64,000 bases of DNA from an uncultured Aliarcobacter sp. GTDB lineage: Bacteria; Campylobacterota; Campylobacteria; Campylobacterales; Arcobacteraceae. A model generated the notes under the pieces. The model saw only the letters and a program-made list of their open reading frames with translations, was not told the origin of the DNA and did not search any database. The position numbers and the translations under genes are program-made. The stretch is taken from the NCBI GenBank assembly GCA_963677435.1, contig OY781945.1:2432001-2496000 (forward strand). The letters are read 5' to 3'. Of this stretch, positions 30,801 to 40,331 are shown one piece after another; the stretch's first letter is position 1, and every line of letters starts with the position of its first letter.

Positions 30801-31243
30801 TAAATCGAGCAAAAAGAGACAATCATTTTTTTGCATTAATCATATTAGATGTTGATTTTTTCAAACAATATAATGACTTTTATGGTCATCAAAAAGGTGA
30901 TTATGTTTTAGAAAGTATTGGTAAAAGATTAATTGAAATATGTAAACGCTCTTCTGATACTGCATTTAGAATTGGTGGGGAAGAGTTTGCGATAATATTT
31001 ACACCAAGAGATAAAAATGATGCTCTTAATTTTGCTAAATTAGTCAATCAAAAGATTGAAGATTTAGAAATAGAACATAAACATAATAAAGCAAGCAATT
31101 ATATAACTGCTTCTATTGGATTGTATATAGCTTATGCTCATGAAATTGAAACATCTGAGCATATTTATAATCATGCTGATAGTGCTTTATATAAAGCAAA
31201 AGAGAGTGGAAGAAATCAATTTGTTTTATATGAGAAAAACTAG
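27845..31243 (+). CDS. Membrane diguanylate cyclase: NMT1/THI5-like + two family-3 solute-binding domains + PAS + GGDEF
   Basis: LQLKWFHQFQFAGYYAA, PPYNF, DPNWLPFE, TM, NHRMIRH (PAS), RSSD...GGEEF; start may be the Met at 27869. Confidence 0.92.
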   Translation: MNKKTGYFMLKIFLKILLIPFLFISLHAEEKVTLQLKWFHQFQFAGYYAAKEKGFYKDVGLDVDIKQRDIKYNNIEEVMKDKAQYGVADSILILYKAHGEPIVIVSPIFQHNPSALISLKNSGINSPYDLNGKDVLFYPNDTDGFSLLAMMKKLNVKPNLIREREKDDYLKLMDKKVDVSPVYLSNEPFYFKEKNIDINIMNPANYGFDFYGDILFTSEKEAKENPLRVKKFKEATLKGWDYALEHQEEIIQLIHNKYNSEKSLDHLRYEAKAIEKLVSKETIPLGSVDKGRIRYITDLYSEYGANVKSFNINDFIFENYTKDNLNLNLTQEEQKYLEEHPILKVQNLAEFPPYNFYKNDKPQGYTVDYMNLMAKNLGVKIEFISQKSWKEYLDMLKNGQLDIIPHIAINKERSEFVDFTNIEHVDYKPSLAVRKGSGINSFNDLKDKTISVLDKSFLQTILKDKYPNQKLYLADTTIEGVEAVSNGKADAFIGNLATTEYYINENWLSNLETIQLENIQYIPKDEILYMGVSKGNTLLKSILEKVNNEISHNKVIDLKEKWLNIKPSSNMKFSDDQHKYILNKKKLKMCIDPNWLPFEKIENGKHIGMTADYIKLFQENLPIPIELVKSKDWLDTISLAQNRTCDFVTMMVDTKTRHEYFNFTKDLMNVPLVIATKVDKPFVNDISNVLSKKLAIAKDYGYTEILKNKYPNINIIEVKDAKEGLLKVDRNEVYGFIGVLPVVAYNIQENFVANLKIAGKLDITIGFPMSTRNDEPYLNEIMNKLISNIPIEKNKEILNKWLSIKYEESIDFKPLFYVISIFTIILIIIIIKNRDIRKLNNKLSKYIDVVDNNVLTSTTDKKGRIVSVSKAFCDISEYTKEELLGNNHRMIRHEDMPQELFIQLWETITSGKIWRGELKNKKKNGGYYWVDAIISPIFDEKKNIIGYTAIRHDISDKKRIEELSIKDELTSLYNRRYFNEIFEKEINRAKRDNHFFALIILDVDFFKQYNDFYGHQKGDYVLESIGKRLIEICKRSSDTAFRIGGEEFAIIFTPRDKNDALNFAKLVNQKIEDLEIEHKHNKASNYITASIGLYIAYAHEIETSEHIYNHADSALYKAKESGRNQFVLYEKN

Positions 31244-31256
31244 ATCATATAGGATT

Positions 31257-33458
31257 TTAGTTTTTTTTAATTACAACTTTATTTCTACCACTATTTTTCG
31301 CCTCATAAAGAGCATCATCTGCTCTTTTTAAAATAGAATCTATTGTGTCATTAGTTTCATAAATACTTATTCCAAAACTAACTGTAATTTGTTCTATTTC
31401 TAAAAAATTATAATTTTGAATATAATTTCTTAAGTTCTCAGCTAACTCTTTTATTCCATTTTCATTTGATTCAGGGCAAATGATTAAAAACTCTTCACCG
31501 CCCCATCTTCCGATACTATCTGTTACTCTTGTATTTGCTTTTAAAATATTGGCAATTCCTATTAAAACTTTATCTCCTATTTGGTGTCCATAAGTATCAT
31601 TTATTTTTTTAAAATAATCAATGTCTAAAAAAGCTATTCCAAAGGTATAATTAAATCTTTCACTTCTATTTATTTCACTTTGTAAAATTTCATCTAATTT
31701 TGCTCTATTGAATACTTCAGTTAATTTATCTGTAATAGCTAATTTTTGAAGTTCTTCATTTTTCAATTCTATTTGTTTATGTGCTTCTTGTAAAAGTCTA
31801 TTTGCTTTAGAAATTTTCCTATTCCAATATATAAAAATTATTATTAAAATAATTGCTAAAAAAAGGATCTTCCAAGTAAGAGAATAATCAATCCCTTTTT
31901 CATATTTTATTGATACCCATTTATTTAAAATTTTTCTTTGTTGGTCTGAGTTTATTGTTTTGATAGCTTTTTGTAAAATATTTAATAAAACAATATCATC
32001 ATTTCTAACACCCATTCCAAACTCCCAATTGTCAAGTATTTTACCTGCAATTTTTAATTCACTTGGGTATTTTGTTTGTAATTTATAACTAACAGTAGGA
32101 AGAGTACCTATAAATGCAAAAAGTTTTCCTTGGCTGACTTTATCCAAACCATCATCTATATCTTTTACTTCAATAATATTTAAAAATGGATATTTTTCTT
32201 TAAGCAATTTTGCAAAGGCATATTCACTAGGAATTCCTATTTTATAACCTTTCAAATCTTTAATTTCATTAATAAATGGCACATTTAATTTTGTACTTAT
32301 TACAAGTGGTACATTTAAATAAGGTGTTGTAAAATTAAGGTATTCTCTTCTTTGAGCTGTTGGAACTATTAAAGATGAAACATCACATATTCTGTTTTTC
32401 CCATAATCTAATGATTGATTCCATGAATCAGTTTTTATCACTTTAAATTTAGTTGATAAAATATCTTCAAATAATTTAAAATAATCAGCACTCATTCCAA
32501 TATATTCACCATTTTTATCAAATGCCTCAAAGGGCATTCCATTTGGATTAATACACAAAGTTATTTGCTTTTTTTGTTTTAAATATTTACTTTCCTCTAT
32601 ACTTAAAGAGATAAATCGTTTATCACTTTCATTATATTTAACATCAATCCAACGATCTGTAATAGTTTCCCATTCATCTTTTCGTATATCTGCTAAAGCT
32701 TTTTCAATGATTGATTTAAGAAGGGGTTTTTCAGGAATTATTCCAAAACGCAAATCTTCTTTATTGATATTTGGTAGTTTTAATTCTCCTGCTAATTTTA
32801 GATTTGTATAAACATTTTTTTTGATTAAATAGTTGATATTTGGTAGATTCTGAATTAGTGCATCAATTTTACCAAAGACTAAAGCTTGTGTAATCTCTTC
32901 ATATGTCTCATAAAATATAATATTAATGTTTTTCATTTCAAGTAATTCTTTGTTATAAAAAACATCTTTTAAAACACCAACTTTTTTCCCACTTAAACTA
33001 TGTAAATCTTTATAATCTTTAAAGTCATCCCTTACAAAAATCATAATAGGAATCTCATAATATGGTTTTGTGTATAAAGTAAAAGGTTCTCTCTCTTCTT
33101 TATATGAAATACTTGTAATCATATCAACTTTTTTTGTAGTAAAAGCATATAAATTTTTATTCCAAACTCCAAATTGTTTAGTAAACTTTAAACCGGTTTT
33201 TTGTGATAATAAAGATAGCAAATCATGTTCAAAACCAACAACTCTATCATCAACAATATATGAAAAAGGAGAAAAATCAGGCATCAAAGCAACTTTTACA
33301 CTTTGATTTGTAATAATAAAATCTTTTTCTTCTTCTGTAAAAGTTATTGCATTTATTGAATTTGGAAATAGGTTTATTAATAAAAATAAGAAGTAAAAAT
33401 TTTTTATATTCATATAAATAGCCTTAATAAAATTTAATAAAGTTTTATATAGTACCAA
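31257..33458 (-). CDS. Membrane diguanylate cyclase with two family-3 solute-binding domains
   Basis: DFSPFS, NPNGMPFE, TM, RVTD...GGEEF; start probably the later Met (MNIK). Confidence 0.92.
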   Translation of the reverse strand: MVLYKTLLNFIKAIYMNIKNFYFLFLLINLFPNSINAITFTEEEKDFIITNQSVKVALMPDFSPFSYIVDDRVVGFEHDLLSLLSQKTGLKFTKQFGVWNKNLYAFTTKKVDMITSISYKEEREPFTLYTKPYYEIPIMIFVRDDFKDYKDLHSLSGKKVGVLKDVFYNKELLEMKNINIIFYETYEEITQALVFGKIDALIQNLPNINYLIKKNVYTNLKLAGELKLPNINKEDLRFGIIPEKPLLKSIIEKALADIRKDEWETITDRWIDVKYNESDKRFISLSIEESKYLKQKKQITLCINPNGMPFEAFDKNGEYIGMSADYFKLFEDILSTKFKVIKTDSWNQSLDYGKNRICDVSSLIVPTAQRREYLNFTTPYLNVPLVISTKLNVPFINEIKDLKGYKIGIPSEYAFAKLLKEKYPFLNIIEVKDIDDGLDKVSQGKLFAFIGTLPTVSYKLQTKYPSELKIAGKILDNWEFGMGVRNDDIVLLNILQKAIKTINSDQQRKILNKWVSIKYEKGIDYSLTWKILFLAIILIIIFIYWNRKISKANRLLQEAHKQIELKNEELQKLAITDKLTEVFNRAKLDEILQSEINRSERFNYTFGIAFLDIDYFKKINDTYGHQIGDKVLIGIANILKANTRVTDSIGRWGGEEFLIICPESNENGIKELAENLRNYIQNYNFLEIEQITVSFGISIYETNDTIDSILKRADDALYEAKNSGRNKVVIKKN

Positions 33459-33485
33459 AAAAGTTTTAAGTTTATTATTTATTTA

Positions 33486-34061
33486 CTAATTTAGTTTTCG
33501 AACCCCTATTGATTGTTTTTTCATTCTATACATTTCACAATCTTCATTTTCAAATTCAACATAATCTAAAATTTCAAATCTTTCATCAAAAAAACTTTTT
33601 AACTCATCTTTTTGTAATAAAAAATCAGGGTTTGATGATGGTTTTTCATTTAATATATCGTGCATATATGTTTCTATAAAAAGTACCCCATCAATTTTGA
33701 GTGCAGATGCTAATTTTGGTATTAAATTTCTATCAAGAAAATTTGTCATTACAATCAGGTCATAAGAGTTTTTCGGTAGTTCATATTCATCTAAGTCAAC
33801 TAACTTACAAGTAATATTTTCAAAGCCTTTTTTATTTAGTTCATTTAATGCAACTTCAGAAATATCAACAGCAAGTACTTCAAAGCCTTTTAAAGCTAAA
33901 TAAATAGAGTTCCTTCCAGCGCCACTAGCTACATCAAGAGCTTTTTTACCTTTAACTTTTGTAAGTAAGTTGATTAGTTTCTTACTAGGCTCTCTTTTTT
34001 CAAGTAAAGATGGCGTATTTTTGTATTTTTTGTCCCATTTTAATTTGTCATTTAGTGCCAT
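33486..34061 (-). CDS. Class I SAM-dependent methyltransferase (TehB-like)
   Basis: KWDKKY, ALDVASGAGRNS, VDIS. Confidence 0.88.
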   Translation of the reverse strand: MALNDKLKWDKKYKNTPSLLEKREPSKKLINLLTKVKGKKALDVASGAGRNSIYLALKGFEVLAVDISEVALNELNKKGFENITCKLVDLDEYELPKNSYDLIVMTNFLDRNLIPKLASALKIDGVLFIETYMHDILNEKPSSNPDFLLQKDELKSFFDERFEILDYVEFENEDCEMYRMKKQSIGVRKLN

Positions 34062-34094
34062 ATTGTCTCTTTAATAATATTTTTTTGTAAAATA

Positions 34095-34694
34095 TTATAC
34101 TCTTTTAAACTCTTCAATTAACTTCAATGTTTCTAAGTCTTTTGGTCTTCCTCGTTGTTTTAAATGGCTTGTTACTCTTTCATATCTCTCTTTAGTGAAG
34201 GCTTGTCCTAGTTTAAATTTTGCCTTTGTTTCTTCTGGTACAAGTTTATATATACATGTGGCTGCAATGATTTTTTCATACATGGCATCATTAAGAGGAG
34301 TATAGTTTCCTTCTTTTTGATATTTTTTCATTAGCTCTTCTAGAGCTTGGGCTTTTTCATTATAATCTTCTACAAACTCAATTTTACCATCTATGATTAT
34401 AGACTTAAAAAGATGGGTTGCAGGAGCTGCATTTCCCGTATCTGTACTAAAATATGAGGGGAGCAAAGAGTATGCTTCGACTACTGAAAAACTTGCATTT
34501 GCATTCTCTTTTATGTAATCTATTTTTTTACCCTTTTTTGCCCCATGAAAAAACATCTCATTTTTATACTCTACAAAATTAATAGGAAGTGAGTAAGGTT
34601 TGTTATTTAAACATAAAGCAAGTGTTCCGTATTCTGCATTATCTAAAACTTCTTTTATCATCTTATAATCATGTACTTCAAGAATCTTTTGCAT
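34095..34694 (-). CDS. Pyridoxamine 5'-phosphate oxidase-like flavin-binding protein (NimA-like)
   Basis: YGTLAL...PYSLPINF, FFHGAKKGKK, FKSII. Confidence 0.85.
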   Translation of the reverse strand: MQKILEVHDYKMIKEVLDNAEYGTLALCLNNKPYSLPINFVEYKNEMFFHGAKKGKKIDYIKENANASFSVVEAYSLLPSYFSTDTGNAAPATHLFKSIIIDGKIEFVEDYNEKAQALEELMKKYQKEGNYTPLNDAMYEKIIAATCIYKLVPEETKAKFKLGQAFTKERYERVTSHLKQRGRPKDLETLKLIEEFKRV

Positions 34695-34695
34695 T

Positions 34696-35286
34696 TTATT
34701 CCTTATTGTTTTTTACCCAATCAAATTGCATTTGTTTGGCTGTTTTAATTGCTAAATCTAAGCCTTTTATTCTTGAAATTAAATGAAGACTCATATCAAT
34801 TCCTGCAGAAATTCCAGCACTTGTAAGTATAGTTCCTTCATCTACCCATCTTACATCTTCAACTACATTTAAAGTAGGATAATCTTTTCTTAAATCAGGA
34901 ATATCTTCCCAATGTGTTGTTACTGTGTGATTTGTGATTATTTTTGCCTCAGCTAATAAAAAAGCACCAGTACAAACAGAAGCTACAATTTTGGTATTTT
35001 TTGATTGCTCTTTTATCCAATCTATCACAGCTGTTTTTTTTACTTCTTCTGTATGCACTCCACCCACTATAATTAATACATCAGTTTGAGGTACATTTTC
35101 AAAAGTATAGTGTGAGTTGATTTTATAATTACCTCTTGCTGTTACTGTAGGGCTTTTTTCACTTATCAAAAAAACATTAAACTTTTCGCTATCACCTAAA
35201 AATCTAGAAGCCACAGAAAAAACTTCAAAAGGTCCAGAAAAATCTAAAACCTCAGCATCATCATAAATATAAATTCCAACATTCAT
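34696..35286 (-). CDS. DJ-1/PfpI family protein
   Basis: EVLDFSGPFEVF, SVCTGA, TTHW, TSAGISAGID. Confidence 0.92.
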   Translation of the reverse strand: MNVGIYIYDDAEVLDFSGPFEVFSVASRFLGDSEKFNVFLISEKSPTVTARGNYKINSHYTFENVPQTDVLIIVGGVHTEEVKKTAVIDWIKEQSKNTKIVASVCTGAFLLAEAKIITNHTVTTHWEDIPDLRKDYPTLNVVEDVRWVDEGTILTSAGISAGIDMSLHLISRIKGLDLAIKTAKQMQFDWVKNNKE

Positions 35287-35320
35287 TTTAATTTCCTTTT
35301 TTGTTTAAATAGTTTATCAA

Positions 35321-36898
35321 TCATACTACAGTTAATTTTATATCTTGAAAAGTTGCATTTGTACCGCAAAAACTAAGTTCATTGGATGTGAGTCTATTTA
35401 CTTGCTTATTTCCTGCATAAATTAATATAGAGTTTTTATATATTCTCTCATCATTTTTGACTTTAATTTGTATAGAATCTATTTTAGATGATATTGTTAC
35501 TAATTGATTATCAACAAAACCTTTACTTGGATGAACATAAGCATATTCATCATATTTGAATTGTGAATTCAAAGTATCTGTATGTTTTGATGTTAGAAGA
35601 TAATATTCATCATCTTTGAAATTTAGTAGTTCAACATTTTTTGTATCTTGTTCGATAAACTTTATATCTGGTTTATCATTTACTTTTGTTTTAAAACAAT
35701 CAAGAAATTCATCTTCGCTAAAAAGCCCTTCAAACCCAAACTCATTAAATAAATATGATGTAAGTTCATATTCACTTATGGCATAAGCATTTTCTTCACA
35801 TACTTCACAAAAGGTAAGTTCATCATGTGCATAACTAAGTCTTACATCTTTTTTTTGTAAAAAAGTTTTTGCAGGGATGATTATATCAGCATATTTTGAA
35901 GTTTCATTTGCAGTTGTCCCCATAAATATCACAAAAGTGTTTTTTAATGATTCTACAATATATTTACTATTTGGAGATGATATTACAGGGTTTGCACCTT
36001 GTATAAATACTACATCATAATCATCAAATTTAATATCTGCATAACTGCAAGTTTTACTAGGATTTATAGATATTTTGTTATCAAAAGGATAGGCGCTGTT
36101 ATCTAAGTACCAAACACCTCTATTTTTTTTATCAAAAAGATTTAGTTTATTACATACTTTATCTATCTCATGAAATATAACTGCACCCTCTTTATATTTT
36201 TGAGCCCCAACACCAAGCATTACAGATACTTTTTTGCTAGTCAATAGTTCTACTGTTTGGTTAAACTGCTCTTGCGTGATATTAAGTTTTATTAAATCAT
36301 TTATATCAATATTTTCATTATCCAAAGCTTTTTGGAATAACTTGGCTAAAAGATAATCTCCCTTTGGAGGTATTTGTAAAAAAACTTCAGATTTTTTAGC
36401 TATTGGTGTTGATACAGGATCAATTGTAATAAATATTTTATCTTTAATCAATTTATAAATATGAGCTGATGTTTGTGTAAGATTTCTTCCCCAAACTAAA
36501 ATCACTTCACTACTTACAAGCTCTTCTATACTTGGATTTACATTATACTTTCTACCCATTTCAATACCTGCTTCACCAGAAGCATCACAAATACTTCCAA
36601 CTGCAAATGTAGCACCAATTTTTTCAAAAAACTTCATTGGTATTTTTTGCATAACACCCATGTTACCTGTACCTTTGTAATATAGAATCTTTTGATTAGG
36701 TTCTATTAATTTATCGGCAACTTTTTTTAATGTTTCATTTAAATTTTTATCGATAATATTTTCTTCTTGTATAAGATATGCAAATTTTTTACAAAGCTTT
36801 TTATCTGTTATATAGTCATCATTTGCTTTACAAATACCATCTTTATACACAACTTCACAAGCATCAAAACAATCCATTGGACATGCTGTTAATTTCAT
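35321..36898 (-). CDS. Compact molybdopterin-dependent oxidoreductase
   Basis: N-terminal CPMDCFDAC...C Fe-S motif, SICD, ILVWGRN, GANP, ETSKYADIIIPA, LNSQF. Confidence 0.85.
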   Translation of the reverse strand: MKLTACPMDCFDACEVVYKDGICKANDDYITDKKLCKKFAYLIQEENIIDKNLNETLKKVADKLIEPNQKILYYKGTGNMGVMQKIPMKFFEKIGATFAVGSICDASGEAGIEMGRKYNVNPSIEELVSSEVILVWGRNLTQTSAHIYKLIKDKIFITIDPVSTPIAKKSEVFLQIPPKGDYLLAKLFQKALDNENIDINDLIKLNITQEQFNQTVELLTSKKVSVMLGVGAQKYKEGAVIFHEIDKVCNKLNLFDKKNRGVWYLDNSAYPFDNKISINPSKTCSYADIKFDDYDVVFIQGANPVISSPNSKYIVESLKNTFVIFMGTTANETSKYADIIIPAKTFLQKKDVRLSYAHDELTFCEVCEENAYAISEYELTSYLFNEFGFEGLFSEDEFLDCFKTKVNDKPDIKFIEQDTKNVELLNFKDDEYYLLTSKHTDTLNSQFKYDEYAYVHPSKGFVDNQLVTISSKIDSIQIKVKNDERIYKNSILIYAGNKQVNRLTSNELSFCGTNATFQDIKLTVV

Positions 36899-37156
36899 CT
36901 TGAGCCTTTTATTTTATTTTTAATAATATAGCATTTATCTGTACTTGTATCAAGTGACAATAAATTTATAAAAGTTGGGGACAGTTTAAAATATAGAAAT
37001 AAATGACTAAATATTTTATGTGATTTATGGAATAAAGCATAATGAATGATATAAAAAATAAAAGATTTTTCTTTGAAAACAACTAATTACACATTTATTC
37101 ACTACTATTAGCTAAAATAATAAAAAAATTTAATTTAAACATATAAAAGGAATTTA

Positions 37157-38875
37157 ATGTCAAATGATGATTTATTAAGCTCTGCTCTTTATCTTTTTGC
37201 AGTTGCTGCTATTTTAATAACACTTTCTAAAAGATTAGGTTTGGGAAGTATCTTAGGATTATTAATAGCAGGAATAATTGTAGGGCCTTTTTCACCTGGA
37301 CCTATTTTAACTGAAAATGTTAGCTCGGTTCGGCATCTAACAGAATTTGGTGTTGTACTTTTACTTTTTGTTATAGGCCTTGAAATGCAACCTCAAAAAC
37401 TTTGGAGTATGAGAAAAGAGGTTTTTGGACTAGGAAGTGCACAAATATTAGTTTCAGGATTTTTGATATTTTTATATGCAACTTTATATGCAGAATCTTG
37501 GCAAGTGGCATTGCTTGTTTCTCTAACCTTTGCCCTTTCTTCTACAGCTTTTGTAATGCAGATTTTACAAGAAAAAGGAATCGTTTATTCTGTTGAAGGG
37601 AAAACTAGTTTTTCTATTTTATTAATGCAAGACTTAGCTGTAGTTCCTCTTTTGGCATTAGTGCCAATTGTTGCAATAAATGGAGGTATTACATCTAATC
37701 AACCTGTTTGGCAAGAGATATTAATAGCAATTGGTTCAATTACTGCTTTGATATTATTTGGAAAATATCTTGTACCAAAACTATTGGATTATTTGGCAAA
37801 ACATCAAAATAAAGACGCTTTCTTTTTTTCTGTGTTAACTTCAGTTATATTTGCTGCTTGGGCGATGGAAAAAGCTGGTTTATCAATGTCATTGGGTGCA
37901 TTTATAATGGGAATGATTTTATCAAGCTCAAAATATCATTATCAAATTAGAGCATATGTTGAACCTTACAAAGGGCTTTTAATGGCACTATTTTTTGTGG
38001 CTGTTGGGATGTCTATAGATTTAAAAGAGATGATGAATAATCCTTTTATTCTTTTGCAACATTTAGCTGTTATTATGGGAATAAAAATAGTAGCACTTTT
38101 TGCAATTATGGTTTTTGTAGGATATAAGCGCTCAACTGCTATTTCTGTATCTTTTCTTTTAGCACAAAGTGGAGAGTTTGGATTTGTTGTATTTGGAGCT
38201 ATGAAAGCTGTTGGAGCTATAAATAATGAGATTTTTATTGCTGGAATTACTATTGTCTCATTTAGTATGCTTATAACTCCACTTGTTGTAAAACTTAGTG
38301 AAAAACTTGCAGTAAAATGTGATACAACACCAATTGAAATCAAATCTGTATATATTCCTGAAACACAATCCCAAAGTGTTGTGATTGCTGGATATGGAGA
38401 GGTTGGAAGATTAACAGCTACTATGTTAGAACATGCAAATGTTCCTTTTGTTGCTTTTGATAATGATGCAAAAAGAGTTGAACTAGGTGAAAAAGAAGGT
38501 AGAGCTGTTTATTATGGAGAATTAAGTCATCTTGATTTTATTACTAGAATTGGCTTAGAGAAAGCACAAACAGTTATTGTTACAATTGAAAACCACCATA
38601 CAGCAGCAAATATTGTTTCTCATCTTAGAAATGAGTACCCTGCTTTGCGTATACTTTCAAGAACAAGAAATATGATTACAAGGGATTTATTGATTAAACA
38701 TGGTGTTTCATGGGCAATGCCTGAATCATCAGAAGGTGCTTTGAGATTAGCTGCTGAAACATTATTAGGGATTGGAAGAACAAGGGAAGAAGTTATAGAT
38801 ATTTTAACCTACTTTAGAAAAAATGATTATGAAACAATTAAAGATCTTCTTGGAAAAATAGATAATAGGATATAA
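37157..38875 (+). CDS. CPA2 monovalent cation:proton antiporter, KefB/KefC-like with KTN domain
   Basis: EFGVVLLLFVIGLE, ALSSTA, LLMQDL, FFVAVGM, QSGEFGFV, IAGYG. Confidence 0.92.
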   Translation: MSNDDLLSSALYLFAVAAILITLSKRLGLGSILGLLIAGIIVGPFSPGPILTENVSSVRHLTEFGVVLLLFVIGLEMQPQKLWSMRKEVFGLGSAQILVSGFLIFLYATLYAESWQVALLVSLTFALSSTAFVMQILQEKGIVYSVEGKTSFSILLMQDLAVVPLLALVPIVAINGGITSNQPVWQEILIAIGSITALILFGKYLVPKLLDYLAKHQNKDAFFFSVLTSVIFAAWAMEKAGLSMSLGAFIMGMILSSSKYHYQIRAYVEPYKGLLMALFFVAVGMSIDLKEMMNNPFILLQHLAVIMGIKIVALFAIMVFVGYKRSTAISVSFLLAQSGEFGFVVFGAMKAVGAINNEIFIAGITIVSFSMLITPLVVKLSEKLAVKCDTTPIEIKSVYIPETQSQSVVIAGYGEVGRLTATMLEHANVPFVAFDNDAKRVELGEKEGRAVYYGELSHLDFITRIGLEKAQTVIVTIENHHTAANIVSHLRNEYPALRILSRTRNMITRDLLIKHGVSWAMPESSEGALRLAAETLLGIGRTREEVIDILTYFRKNDYETIKDLLGKIDNRI

Positions 38876-38883
38876 AGTAAAAA

Positions 38884-38916
38884 ATTAGATTGTATATTTA
38901 CAATATACAATCTAAT
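38884..38916. terminator. 15 bp perfect inverted repeat between convergent genes
   Basis: ATTAGATTGTATATT-TAC-AATATACAATCTAAT. Confidence 0.65.
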
Positions 38917-38925
38917 AACTATACA

Positions 38926-40305
38926 TTAAATTTCATCTTCAGCTATTACTATATTTTTTCCACTATTTTTAGCTTTATATAAAACAGTATCAACTCTTTT
39001 AAACAATCTTTCTTTATTATCACTATCATTACAAACAGCAACTCCAAAACTACAAGTTACACCAAAATTAATAGTATTAAATTTATATTTTGAAATAACA
39101 TTTTTCAAATTTGTTGCTACAATTTTAGCTTGTTCAAGAGTTGTTCCAGGCAAAAGGATTACAAATTCTTCTCCACCCCATCGTGAAAGGGTATCTGTAC
39201 TTCTAATATTTTCTGAGATTAATTTTGTCATTGTTTTTAAAACATCATCACCTATGTCATGTCCAAAGGTGTCATTTATTAATTTAAAATCATCAACATC
39301 TAATAAAATTATACTAAGTTGATTTCTTTGCATTTTTGCTTTTTGGAATTCTAAATCAAAAAATTCTTCAAACTTCATTCTATTAAAAACACCTGTTAAA
39401 ACATCAATTGAAGCTTGTTCTTCTAAAGTTTGTGCCATTGAATATAATTCATCAACTTTATGTTTCATAGCTTTATTTAAAGTACTTAGTTGCTCTTTTG
39501 CTTGTTCAAATTCAGTTACATCATGTCTAATTGCAATATATTCAACCACATCACCATCTATATCTAAAATAGGAACAATTGTAGAATAAACAGTATAACT
39601 TTTACCATCTTTTTGAATATTAGTTATTAAGCCATTCCAAGTTTTTTTTGCTTTTATTGTGTCCCAAAGTTCTTTATAAATACGAGATGGCATTATTGGA
39701 TGTCTCACAATATTATGTGGTTTTCCAATTAATTCTTCTCTTTTATAACCTGAAACTTCACAAAATTTATCATTTACATAAGTGATAATTCCTTTAGGAT
39801 TTGTTTTTGAAACAATATTACTTAAATCAACTGCTTTTTTGTATTCATTTAACAAATTTGAATGATCATCTCTAAAATCACAATCTTTTTCTTTCATTTG
39901 CTCATATTTAATAAACAATTCATTATTTATTTTTAAAAAGTTTTTCTCTACATCATCTAATAAAACAAAAGAAGAGATTCCTTCTTTATAAAAATAGTAA
40001 ATAAGACTACTTTTTAAACAAGTTAATAGTGTAAATAATTCGGAGATATTTAAATAAGATTTACTTAATATTTGCAAAAATTTTATTTTTACTGGACATT
40101 CAGATATTGCAACATCCCATTGCATAACACCAAGAAGACAATCAAAAAATTCGTAAAAAACCTTTCTATCTTCAGTAGTTAAAACTAGTTGATGAATTGC
40201 AAATATATTTTTCACTTCATCAACATTAAGCCAATTATCTATAATTAAATTTTTATTAATTCTAAGAAAATCACAAAATTCTTTTAATTGAACTACTCTT
40301 TTCAC
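38926..40305 (-). CDS. Cytoplasmic PAS-GGDEF diguanylate cyclase
   Basis: YVNDKFC...GKPHNIVRHP (PAS), RSTD...GGEEF; GTG start after AAGGAG. Confidence 0.92.
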   Translation of the reverse strand: MKRVVQLKEFCDFLRINKNLIIDNWLNVDEVKNIFAIHQLVLTTEDRKVFYEFFDCLLGVMQWDVAISECPVKIKFLQILSKSYLNISELFTLLTCLKSSLIYYFYKEGISSFVLLDDVEKNFLKINNELFIKYEQMKEKDCDFRDDHSNLLNEYKKAVDLSNIVSKTNPKGIITYVNDKFCEVSGYKREELIGKPHNIVRHPIMPSRIYKELWDTIKAKKTWNGLITNIQKDGKSYTVYSTIVPILDIDGDVVEYIAIRHDVTEFEQAKEQLSTLNKAMKHKVDELYSMAQTLEEQASIDVLTGVFNRMKFEEFFDLEFQKAKMQRNQLSIILLDVDDFKLINDTFGHDIGDDVLKTMTKLISENIRSTDTLSRWGGEEFVILLPGTTLEQAKIVATNLKNVISKYKFNTINFGVTCSFGVAVCNDSDNKERLFKRVDTVLYKAKNSGKNIVIAEDEI

Positions 40306-40331
40306 CCTGCTCCTTAACTTTCAACTTAATA

